A stretch of DNA of 63,977 nt, counting the filler, from an uncultured bacterium (lineage in GTDB: Bacteria > CAYJRR01), in assembly GCA_964372275.1 (NCBI GenBank). It is 7 parts of 7 records of this genome, joined end to end, with 100 filler letters (N's around TTAATTAATTAA, not from the genome) between each part and the next. Parts side by side here need not be neighbours in the genome. Positions count along the whole stretch, not along the records: positions 1 to 10,476 come from CAYJRR010000152.1; positions 10,577 to 21,035 come from CAYJRR010000153.1; 5 more parts are not named here. The stretch is one strand, 5' to 3'. Below the pieces are notes generated by a model. It worked only from the letters and a program-made list of their open reading frames with translations. It was not told the origin of the DNA and searched no databases. Position numbers and translations under genes: made by a program. Below, in pieces: positions 1 to 10,929 of this stretch (within the stretch, counting starts at the first letter, position 1; each line of letters opens with the position of its first letter).

Positions 1-466
1 TCCCGACCGACAGCCCCAGCCACTTGTAGAGGTGCCCCATCCACACCGCGTCGCGCTTGGCGAGGTAGTCGTTGACGGTGACGACGTGGATCCCCTTCCC
101 GCCCAGTCCGTTCAGGTAGCAGGGGAGCGTCGCGACGAGGGTCTTCCCTTCGCCGGTCTTCATCTCGGCGATCCGCCCCTCGTGGAGGAACGTCCCGCCG
201 ATCAGCTGCACGTCGAAATGCCGCATCCCGAGGACGCGTCGCGAGGCCTCGCGGGCCACGGCGAACGCCTCCGGGAGGATCTCGTCGAGCGTCGCCCCGT
301 TCGCCAGCTTCTGCCGGAGCGCCGGGGTCTTGGCCTTGAGGTCGGCGTCGGTCAGCGCGCGCAGCCCCTCTTCGTATCCGCCGATCTTCTGGACGATCGG
401 CGCGACCCGCTTCAGTTCCCGCTCGTTGCGGGAACCGAAGATCCTTCGTGCAAGGTTGTTGAACAT
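1..466 (-). CDS. secA: Preprotein translocase ATPase SecA (N-terminal part, runs off window)
   Basis: Manual translation gives [20 protein letters not shown]...[78 protein letters not shown] upstream. Confidence 0.97.
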   Translation of the reverse strand, partial: MFNNLARRIFGSRNERELKRVAPIVQKIGGYEEGLRALTDADLKAKTPALRQKLANGATLDEILPEAFAVAREASRRVLGMRHFDVQLIGGTFLHEGRIAEMKTGEGKTLVATLPCYLNGLGGKGIHVVTVNDYLAKRDAVWMGHLYKWLGLSVG

Positions 467-557
467 GCGGACACCTTCCCGGCGACCGGGATCGAAGCGT
501 GGACGTTGAACGGGGTCGCCGATGGCGCTCGGGCGACCGGACTCGAAACGCGCGCGG

Positions 558-893
558 CTAGACGCGGTCGGGGGCACGGGACCGCGGCCGGCCGAGCGCG
601 CGGCGCGCGACGGGGACGAGGTCGGGCGACGAACGCGGGCACCGGATCGCGGCGGGCGCGATCCGATCGCGCCTGCGGACGTCCGGCACGGAAAGGGCGA
701 CGCCGCCCGGAGACTCGTCCCGGTCGTCGTCGGCCCGGACGACCGCCTGCTCGGACCGGCGCGACTCTTCCACCGCCGCCGACTTCACCGCCTCCGGCGC
801 AGGGGCCGGCACCGGGGCGGTCGCACGCGCCCCGTGCAGCGCCGGAAGCGCCGCCGCGGCCGATACCAGAAGCGACCAGAGCGTCCGTTTCAA
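558..893 (-). CDS. Secreted leader protein upstream of secA; candidate ribosome-arrest/secretion-monitor peptide
   Basis: TTG start at 893 with GAGTGGGG upstream; signal-peptide-like [24 protein letters not shown]; low-complexity linker; C-terminus [10 protein letters not shown]. Confidence 0.5.
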   Translation of the reverse strand: MKRTLWSLLVSAAAALPALHGARATAPVPAPAPEAVKSAAVEESRRSEQAVVRADDDRDESPGGVALSVPDVRRRDRIAPAAIRCPRSSPDLVPVARRALGRPRSRAPDRV

Positions 894-974
894 GACACCC
901 CACTCTGGCAACTTTCCGGGCCCGACGCAAGGTGACGGGGTTCACCGAAAAGCGACGTGAGGTCGGACGGTTGC

Positions 975-1619
975 CTAACTTCGGCCGAGGGCGGGGAGGG
1001 TGTCGCGGATGCCGTCGATGACGAACTGCATCGCGGTGGCGGCGAGGATCACCCCCATCAGGCGGTGGAGCACGTTCATCCCGGTTCGGCCGAGCGCCTT
1101 GGCGAAGCGGTCGGCGAAGAGGAGCAGGATCCAGGCCGCGCCGGCGGTGACGGCGATCGCGGCGAAGACGATCCCGCGTTCGACGGCGCCGCTCGCGCGC
1201 GCCACGAGCACCATCACCGTGGCGATCGCCCCCGGTCCGGCGAGCATCGGGATCCCCAGCGGGAAGACCGAGACGTCGGGTTTGTCGACCCCCTCCTTCG
1301 TCTCCTCGGGCGTCGTGCGCTGCCGCGTCGTCTCGGCGCGCAGCAGGTCGACGGCCAAAAGGAAGAGGAGGAGGCCGCCGGCCAGCTTGAAGGCGCCGAG
1401 CGAGATTCCGAGATGGGCGAAGAGCGCGCCGCCGCCGGCGGCAAACGCCGACAACACGCCGGCCGCCACCGCGCACGCGCGCGTCGCCATCGCGCGCCGC
1501 CGCGCGGGCGGATCGCCGGCCGTCATCGTCACGAAGAGCGGCACGACGCCGGGCGGATCGACGACGAAGAAGACGGTGGTGACCGCCGAGAGCGCGAACG
1601 CGAGCGTCGATCCGGCCAT
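975..1619 (-). CDS. MarC family membrane protein
   Basis: VVDPPGVVPLF, FKLAGGLLLF, VFPLGIPMLAGPGAIATV, RLMGVILAA motifs; 6 hydrophobic segments. Confidence 0.93.
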   Translation of the reverse strand: MAGSTLAFALSAVTTVFFVVDPPGVVPLFVTMTAGDPPARRRAMATRACAVAAGVLSAFAAGGGALFAHLGISLGAFKLAGGLLLFLLAVDLLRAETTRQRTTPEETKEGVDKPDVSVFPLGIPMLAGPGAIATVMVLVARASGAVERGIVFAAIAVTAGAAWILLLFADRFAKALGRTGMNVLHRLMGVILAATAMQFVIDGIRDTLPALGRS

Positions 1620-1663
1620 CGCGGCGGATCCTACCTCGGACGTATGATCGCCGAGGGGAAACG

Positions 1664-2707
1664 ATGCCAAGCTGGATGATCTACGGCGCCAACGGCTTCA
1701 CCGGCCGTCTGATCGCAGAGGAGGCGAGGCGACGCGGCCTCACTCCGACGCTCGGCGGACGGCGCGAAGAGGCGATCCGCCCGCTCGCCGAGAGCCTCGG
1801 TCTTCCCTGGCGTGCCTTTCCGCTCGACGACGCGGCGCGCGTTGCGGCCGCGGTGGCTCCGTTCGACGCCGTCCTGCTCGCGGCCGGACCGTTTTCGGCG
1901 ACCAGCCGGCCGATGGTCGACGCCTGCATCGCCACCGGAACGCACTACCTCGACATCACCGGCGAAATCGCCGTTTTCGAGGCATGTCACGCACGCGATG
2001 CCGAGGCGCGAAAAGCGGACTGCGTGGTGATGCCGGGCGTCGGCTTCGACGTCGTGCCGTCCGACTGCCTGGCCGCCACGCTCAAGGCGGCTCTCCCCGA
2101 CGCGAACCGCCTGGAGCTCGCCATGAGCGGAGGCGGGATCAGCCGGGGAACGAAGAAGACCCTCGTCGAAGGCTTCGGCCATGGCGGCGCCATCCGGGAA
2201 GGCGGAACGATTCGCGGAGTGCCCTTTGCCTGGCGCTCGGCGCAAGTTCCGTTCCGCGACAAGACGCGCACGTGCATCTCGTTCCCCTGGGGGGACGTGT
2301 CGACCGCCTATTACTCGACGGGAATCCCCAACATCATGGTCTACATGAGCGTCCCCGTCGCGTTGTGGGTGCTCAAGGCGGCGCGGCCGTTCGTGCCGCT
2401 GATGGCGCTTGCGCCCGTGCGGCGCGCGCTGATTCGCCGCATCGAGCGGGGGCCGGAGGGCCCGGACGAAGCCGAGCGGCGCGCCGGCCGCGCCCACCTT
2501 TGGGGGCGCGTGACGAACGCCGGCGGCCGCTCCGTCGAAGCCACGCTCGAAACGCCGGACGGCTACGACCTGTCGGTGTCCGCCGCATTGGAGTGCGTGC
2601 GCCGCATCCTCGTCGACCCGATTCCGCCCGGCGCGAAGACGCCGTCGATGGCGTTCGGCGCCGACCTGATCCGCGCCATTCCCGGGTGCGACCTGGCGCT
2701 CCGTTAG
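1664..2707 (+). CDS. Saccharopine dehydrogenase-like NAD(P)-binding oxidoreductase
   Basis: IYGANGFTG Rossmann motif, AGPF, YLDITGE, GVGFDVVPSDCLA. Confidence 0.88.
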   Translation: MPSWMIYGANGFTGRLIAEEARRRGLTPTLGGRREEAIRPLAESLGLPWRAFPLDDAARVAAAVAPFDAVLLAAGPFSATSRPMVDACIATGTHYLDITGEIAVFEACHARDAEARKADCVVMPGVGFDVVPSDCLAATLKAALPDANRLELAMSGGGISRGTKKTLVEGFGHGGAIREGGTIRGVPFAWRSAQVPFRDKTRTCISFPWGDVSTAYYSTGIPNIMVYMSVPVALWVLKAARPFVPLMALAPVRRALIRRIERGPEGPDEAERRAGRAHLWGRVTNAGGRSVEATLETPDGYDLSVSAALECVRRILVDPIPPGAKTPSMAFGADLIRAIPGCDLALR

Positions 2708-3330
2708 GGCGACGGAGGGTCGCCTGGACGGCCCGGCGTGCGATCCGTCCCGGTTGCCGACCGGACGAGGACTCCGAGCGGGAACCGGGCGCTCGTCGAC
2801 CGATCGGGCGGCGTCACGAGAAGATCCGATTCGTCCGGCGGGCGCGGCGAAGCGTGGGCATCCGCCGGTCGCAGCGTCATCTGCAGGATGCCACCGGAGC
2901 CGACCACCGCCGATTCGGCACCGAACGAGACGCTCGACCCTGGCGGCGCCTTGACCCGAACGCACAGCGTCCGTTCCGGGCAGGGGTCGTTTCCGATGGG
3001 GGCGCTCGCCCGACCGGTCTCGATGGCGAACCAGGCGGGAAGGGTCGTGACGCGAATCCGTCCTCCGGCGTCGTCCTCCACCAAGAGCGGCGCGGAAACG
3101 CAGCGCGCCCGTGCCGATCCTTGGTGGAGGAGCTCCCCCCGAACGACGAGGTGGCCGCGGGCCACGCGGCCCCGCTCGAACCCGCCGATCTCCGTCTCCC
3201 CCTTCGAATCGAAGACGAGAAGCCGGCCGAGCCGCTGGTTGTAGAGCGCACACCCCGCCGCGTCGGCCGCCGCCGTGACCGACGCGACCAGACCGGCCAT
3301 CGCCAGCACGACCTGTCGAACGACCTTCAT
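2704..3330 (-). CDS. Hypothetical secreted protein
   Basis: ATG at 3330 followed by signal peptide MKVVRQVVLAMAGLVASVTAAADA; no recognised domain. Confidence 0.5.
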   Translation of the reverse strand: MKVVRQVVLAMAGLVASVTAAADAAGCALYNQRLGRLLVFDSKGETEIGGFERGRVARGHLVVRGELLHQGSARARCVSAPLLVEDDAGGRIRVTTLPAWFAIETGRASAPIGNDPCPERTLCVRVKAPPGSSVSFGAESAVVGSGGILQMTLRPADAHASPRPPDESDLLVTPPDRSTSARFPLGVLVRSATGTDRTPGRPGDPPSP

Positions 3331-3412
3331 CGAGACATCTCCGCCGCCAGGATATGTCCGCTCGACGGACAGAGGGGGTGTATCATTCGAACGATTGCGC
3401 AGGGGGGGGACG

Positions 3413-4294
3413 ATGGAGCGCGCGTCGAGCGGTTCGGCGCCTCGCGGAAACGCGGCGCTGGTGTCGTTGGTCGCGGTGGTGGGGCTGTCGACAGCGTTGA
3501 GCCTCGCGTCCGGCTGCAGCGGGGGGGACGACGGAATGCCCGATCCGGGCACCGAGGACCTCGGGCCCTACGGGGGGATGATCTACCTCGGCACCCGGGT
3601 CGGGGGGGACATCTTCACCGAATCGTTCACGGGACACGCCCATTTCCGTGAAGGCGGCGACGATCTGTCGGCGTTCGGCGGTCCGACCGACACCTGCGAG
3701 ATCGCCCCGTATTCATCAACCGCTCCGGTCCCTCCGGGCTCTCCGACCGAGGGGCCGTTCCTCGACGCCGGCACGACGGTCGTCCTCACCGCCGGCGCTT
3801 CCGTCTACAACCTGGAACGATACGACTCCGCCTACGGCTACCACTACTACCTCGACTACGAAGGGGATCCCCCCGTCGGACTGCCGGCCGCCTTCTCGGT
3901 CGCCTTCGACGGCGCCGGCGGAACGGTCGCCGCCCAGAACTGGCCGGACGCCCTGAAGATGCCGACCGCGCTTTCGGTGACCTCCAACGACGGAGACCTT
4001 ACGGTCGGCTCCGGCGCGCTCGCGCTGCAATGGACCGCAACCGGCGCCGATCAGGTGGTCGTGCAGTTTGCCCGGGAAGAAACGGTGAACAACACGACCA
4101 CGTGGCTCGATCCCCTCCGTTGCTACATGAAGGACGACGGAAGTTTCTCAATACCGGCGAGCTTCGCCGAGCAGCTCTCGACGGGCACGCACGACGTCGA
4201 CGTCTTCGCTTTCAAGCGAGGGGCGATGCCGCTCGGGGAGTTCAACGTCCGGCTGGTCGGCTACCGTCTGGTCAAGCTGACCTATACCAAGTAG
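3413..4294 (+). CDS. Hypothetical lipoprotein (paralog of 36170-36898)
   Basis: Lipobox LASGC after hydrophobic stretch; G-rich SD; motifs DTCE, LDAG, CYMKDDGSFSIPA. Confidence 0.75.
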   Translation: MERASSGSAPRGNAALVSLVAVVGLSTALSLASGCSGGDDGMPDPGTEDLGPYGGMIYLGTRVGGDIFTESFTGHAHFREGGDDLSAFGGPTDTCEIAPYSSTAPVPPGSPTEGPFLDAGTTVVLTAGASVYNLERYDSAYGYHYYLDYEGDPPVGLPAAFSVAFDGAGGTVAAQNWPDALKMPTALSVTSNDGDLTVGSGALALQWTATGADQVVVQFAREETVNNTTTWLDPLRCYMKDDGSFSIPASFAEQLSTGTHDVDVFAFKRGAMPLGEFNVRLVGYRLVKLTYTK

Positions 4295-4296
4295 CC

Positions 4297-4902
4297 CTAC
4301 ATCCGCCGGCGAGGAGGGCCAAGGTCGGGAACCTCCTCCACCCACTCGTAGCCGAGCCGGCCGCGGCGAAGCCTGGCGGCGACGGCAGTGCCGGGCTCGT
4401 GGTCCCACCACTGGTCGCGGCTGACGTCGATCGAGACGCCACTCATCGCGTCGGAGCAGCGCACGACGACGATCCAGTCACGGACCCCCGACTCCTTGCC
4501 GGGAACGGTGTCGCGCCGCGCGACCAGGCAGTCTCGGGTGATCGCCTCCCCCTCCCCACGGGCGTTCAGGGCGAGCAACCCGCCGGTCGCGAGCAGCATC
4601 GACGCGGTCGCCGCGAACAGGGCGTAGAGGCCGCCGCGCCACCCCTTTTGCCAGCGCGTCGTCCGCGGTTCGACAAGGGCGAGGAGACCCGCGATCGGAA
4701 CGGCGACCGCCACCGCGAACGGGGCGGCGTCGGTCGCCGCGGTGCGCAGCGCGCCGGGATGGCGGTCGGCCTCGACCCATACCGCGGCCGCGCCGGCAAT
4801 CGCCCCCAAAAGGAAGACGGCCACCGTGTTTTCGACGCGGGTTCCGCTCGCCAGCGACAGGCGGAGCGTGCGGGGTCCGGGCGCCGATGCCGCACGCGCC
4901 AC
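4297..4902 (-). CDS. Hypothetical membrane protein (start uncertain)
   Basis: Three hydrophobic helices then a soluble tail ending RRGRLGYEWV; GTG start inferred. Confidence 0.55.
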   Translation of the reverse strand: MARAASAPGPRTLRLSLASGTRVENTVAVFLLGAIAGAAAVWVEADRHPGALRTAATDAAPFAVAVAVPIAGLLALVEPRTTRWQKGWRGGLYALFAATASMLLATGGLLALNARGEGEAITRDCLVARRDTVPGKESGVRDWIVVVRCSDAMSGVSIDVSRDQWWDHEPGTAVAARLRRGRLGYEWVEEVPDLGPPRRRM

Positions 4903-4982
4903 CGCCCGCCCGTCGCGGTCGGCGGCGCGGCGGCGAGGGGGGTCGGCGGAGCCCGCGGGTGGGGCGGGGTTCGACGCGGCGG

Positions 4983-5954
4983 TCAATCCAGGATGAAGCG
5001 GGTCGGGTTGACCGGCACGCCGTCGATCCGGACTTCGTAGTGCAGGTGATCGCCGGTCGAGCGGCCGGTGTTCCCGACGCGCGCGATCTGCTCCCCGCGG
5101 CGGACGAACGCCCCTGGTTCGACCATCGTCTCCGAGAGGTGCCCGAACCGGGTAACCAGACCGTAGCCGTGATCGAGGACGACGATGTTGCCGTAGGCCC
5201 CCTTCACTCCGGTGAAGGTCACCATGCCGTCGGCGGGCGCGACGATGTCGGTCCCGCGCGGAGCCGCAATGTCCAGCCCTTCGTGCATCTTCTTGACGCT
5301 GGTAAAGGGGCTGAGGCGATACCCGAAGCCCGACGACACGAAGCCACGGGCCGGCCAGACCGACGGGGTCGAATTGAGGATCGACCGCTGGTCGTCGAGC
5401 AGCGCGTGCAGCTCCTCCAGCGACAGCTCCCGTGCCTTCGCCTCGGACTCCAGCTTCTCGAGCCGGAACGCCAACTTGCGGAACTCGAAGTCGCGCCGGT
5501 CGGCCTCGTGCGGGGCGGTCGAAACGGCCGAGCGCTCCTTCTCCGGGCTTCCCGGTTCGTCGAGCGCACTCCCCTGGTCGGTCGGCTGCTCGCGCTCCGT
5601 CAGCGGTCCGATGGCGATGTTTCGGGCGGGGTCCTCGAGGCTGGTCATCACCCGCAGCTTGTGCTCGACCCGATCGAGGTGGTCGAGTCGACTGTCGAGC
5701 TTTCGGATCCGATCCTGGAAGTTCCGAAGCTGAAGGGCGACTTCCCGGTTCTCCTGATAGACCGCCCGGTAGTCCGATCGCTCGTCGACCAAGCGCGCGT
5801 AGTGGACCAGCACCAGGCCAAGCGCCACGATCCCGACGAGCGAGACCGCCGTCGCCCCGTACAGCCACGAGCGGGGGAGGGCGATTCGCCGAACGCGGGA
5901 CGTTCGATCCGGAACGACCAGGATCGTGAAGTACTTTTTCGCCGGCGTGGTCAT
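4983..5954 (-). CDS. M23 family metallopeptidase with N-terminal TM and coiled coil
   Basis: PSVWP..G.VSSGFGYR.SPF, HEGLD, HxH in TGDHLHYEV. Confidence 0.93.
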   Translation of the reverse strand: MTTPAKKYFTILVVPDRTSRVRRIALPRSWLYGATAVSLVGIVALGLVLVHYARLVDERSDYRAVYQENREVALQLRNFQDRIRKLDSRLDHLDRVEHKLRVMTSLEDPARNIAIGPLTEREQPTDQGSALDEPGSPEKERSAVSTAPHEADRRDFEFRKLAFRLEKLESEAKARELSLEELHALLDDQRSILNSTPSVWPARGFVSSGFGYRLSPFTSVKKMHEGLDIAAPRGTDIVAPADGMVTFTGVKGAYGNIVVLDHGYGLVTRFGHLSETMVEPGAFVRRGEQIARVGNTGRSTGDHLHYEVRIDGVPVNPTRFILD

Positions 5955-6206
5955 CGACCCGTAGGGCCTTCTACCCGGACCCAATGTGGAATTCAAGCAT
6001 TCCCCGAGAGCCCGGGTCAAGGACTTAAGGCCAGATGCCATAACGGTTTTTTCAACATCGATTTCGTCGTTTCGAGGGCCCCACGGGGCGCTTCCGACGG
6101 AAGACCCGGATCCGGCGCCAAAAAATCCGGCCGATGCGGCGCCCGCATGGTAGGTTCCGCGCCGTTTTCCCCCGAAACCCCACGCGGCATTCGAGGAATT
6201 TTCACC

Positions 6207-7049
6207 ATGGCGGCACCCGATCGATCCCAGGAACCGCGTCCCAGCGAAGGCAGCTGGCTGCTCCGACTCTACGAGATGATCTCCATTGCGCCGGAGGACA
6301 TCGCCGCCGACGCCAAGGGCCTGGGGATCCAGATCGCCGACGCCGCCGAGCTGGCGACGGTGAAGACGGCGGCGCTGGACGACCTTGCGGCGCAGTACAT
6401 CCGGAACGCGAAGCTGATGACGTCGCTGTCCGGGGCCGGGCTCGGCGCCGGCGGAATCCTCTTCGTCGGACCCGAGCTGTCGATCCTCGCGGCGAGCCTC
6501 CTGCGTCTGGCGCAACGGATCGCCGTCGTCTACGGCTTCGACTACAAGAAGCCGGAGGAGGCGTTGCACGTCTGGACCGCCCTCGCCCGCGCGCTGGGGG
6601 TCGACAAGATCACCGACGGGAACAGCGTCGTCGCGGTGCGCAGCCTGCCGAAGTTGCTGGCGGTGGGACCCGGACGCAGCAGCGCCTTCAAGTCATTGAT
6701 CAAGATGATCGCCGCGCGGCTGGGTCTACTGGTCACGGAACGCAGCCTGGCGCGCGCCCTTCCGCTGGTCGGCGCGGGGGTCGCGGCGGTGACGAACTAC
6801 CAGCTGGTTCGGGACCTGGGCGGGAAGATCCAAGGTTACTTCCGCGAACGGCACATCCACCGACAGGCCGGGCGGGCCGACGCGGCGGAGGGGGCCGCTG
6901 CGGCGAAGCGGCCGGCCCCGCGGACGAAGCCGGCATCCCCCGCGTCGACCTCCACGTCGCACGCGGCGCGGACGGCAGCGCCCCGCCCGAACGCCCGGGC
7001 GAAGGCGGCGCGCGCGGCGACCCGGTCTCGGACGGCACGGGGTCGCTGA
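6207..7049 (+). CDS. EcsC family protein with basic Ala/Arg/Pro-rich tail
   Basis: SGAGLGAGG, RIAVVYGFD, ARALPLVGAGVAAVTNY motifs. Confidence 0.7.
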   Translation: MAAPDRSQEPRPSEGSWLLRLYEMISIAPEDIAADAKGLGIQIADAAELATVKTAALDDLAAQYIRNAKLMTSLSGAGLGAGGILFVGPELSILAASLLRLAQRIAVVYGFDYKKPEEALHVWTALARALGVDKITDGNSVVAVRSLPKLLAVGPGRSSAFKSLIKMIAARLGLLVTERSLARALPLVGAGVAAVTNYQLVRDLGGKIQGYFRERHIHRQAGRADAAEGAAAAKRPAPRTKPASPASTSTSHAARTAAPRPNARAKAARAATRSRTARGR

Positions 7050-8219
7050 TGGCCGCGCACGGGCTCGACCTCTACGACCTCGACAGCCTTCTCACCGATG
7101 ACGAGCGGATGGTGCGTCGCTCGGTGCGGCAGCTCGTCGACCAGCGCGTCCTTCCCGGGATCGAGAAGCACTACCGCGAGGGGACCTTCCCCGACGAGCT
7201 GGTGCCGGTGTTCGGCGAGATGGGCCTGCTCGGCGCCAACCTCACCGGCTACGGCTGCTCGGGGATGGGGCCGATCGCCTACGGCCTGGCGATGCTCGAG
7301 CTCGAGCGCGGCGACAGCGGCGTGCGTTCGTTCGTCTCGGTGCAGGGGGGGCTGGCGATGTACCCGATCTGGTCCTTCGGAACGGAGGCGCAGAAGGAGC
7401 GGTGGCTGCCGGCGATGGCGCGCGGGGCGAAGGTCGGCTGCTTCGGCCTGACCGAGCCCGACGCCGGGAGCGATCCGGGCGCGATGCGCACCCGGGCGCG
7501 GAAGGCCGCGGGCGGCGGCTGGATCCTGAACGGCACGAAGCGCTGGATCACCAATGGCACGCGCGCCGACCTGGCGGTGGTGTGGGCCAACACCGGCGAC
7601 AAGCCCTCCGACATCCGTGGCTTCCTGGTCGAGCGCGGGACGAAGGGGTTCACCCAGCGGCCAATCGAGCACAAGCACAGCTTCCGCGCGTCGGACACGG
7701 CGGAACTGCACTTCGAGGACGTCCACCTGCCGGAGACGGCGCTGCTCCCCGGGACCGAGGGGTTGAAGAGCGCGCTGATGTGCCTGTCACAGGCGCGCTA
7801 CGGGATCTGCTGGGGGGTGATCGGGGCGGCGATGGCGTGCTTCGACAGCGCGCTGGAGTTCGCCAAGGCGCGCGTCGCGTTCGGGCGGCCGATCGCCGGC
7901 TTCCAGCTGGTGCAGTCGAAGCTGGCGTTGATGGCGACCGAGATCACCAAGGCGCAGCTCCTGGTGTGGCGCCTCGGCAAGCTCAAGGAGTCGGGGAAGA
8001 TCGCCCCCGCGCAGGTCTCGATGGCCAAGATGAACAACGTGCAGATGGCCCTCGACTGCGCGCGCGTGGCGCGGGACATCCTCGGCGCCAACGGGATCCA
8101 CGACGAGTACCCGGTGATGCGACACATGTGCAACCTCGAGACGGTGAACACCTACGAGGGGACGCACGACGTCCATCTGCTGGTGCTCGGCGAGGCGCTG
8201 ACCGGCCACGCCGCGTTCC

Positions 8220-8227
<8 letters not shown>
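7049..8227 (+). CDS. gcdH: Acyl-CoA dehydrogenase, glutaryl-CoA dehydrogenase-like
   Basis: [48 protein letters not shown] overlap with upstream gene. Confidence 0.85.
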
Positions 8228-10476
<2,249 letters not shown>

Positions 10477-10576
10477 NNNNNNNNNNNNNNNNNNNNNNNN
10501 NNNNNNNNNNNNNNNNNNNNTTAATTAATTAANNNNNNNNNNNNNNNNNNNNNNNNNNNNNNNNNNNNNNNNNNNN
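10477..10576. other. Artificial contig linker
   Basis: N runs around TTAATTAATTAA (stop codons in all six frames). Confidence 0.99.
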
Positions 10577-10890
10577 GGGAAGAGCTCGCGCAGGATCTGC
10601 CGGTAGTCACCGACCGCGTCGTCGGCCAGGTGATCCCGCGTGATCGCCCCGTCGCCGATCTGCTCCGCCGCAATCTCCCCGATCAGGTTGTCGGTCTCCA
10701 CGCGCAGATTGGCGTGCGTGTCGGGGCTGGCGGCGTGCAGGTCGATCGCCTGCTCGATCGCCAGTAGCTCCGCCTCCGGCTCCACCGGCACCGTCGGATC
10801 GCAGGAGGCCAGCATGGCGACCGCCATCGCGGCGATCGGCGCCGTGATCCTCGACCTCCAAGGTTGCGAAAGGCTGTGACCGCCCCGCAT
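10577..10890 (-). CDS. Lipoprotein, paralog of upstream repeat protein (truncated at contig edge)
   Basis: LASCDP lipobox, QAIDLHAASPDTH motif, start of GAITxxxLADDAV repeats. Confidence 0.7.
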
Positions 10891-10929
10891 CGACGCTCCC
10901 GCCGGAACCCGAACGATCGTCCCCGTTCT

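Noticed and set aside
4887..6569. Extended N-termini in the ORF track (M23 peptidase, EcsC; also pilT, cinA, cyclase)
   Set aside because: They come from choosing the farthest start; homology motifs and SD positions support the shorter starts reported.
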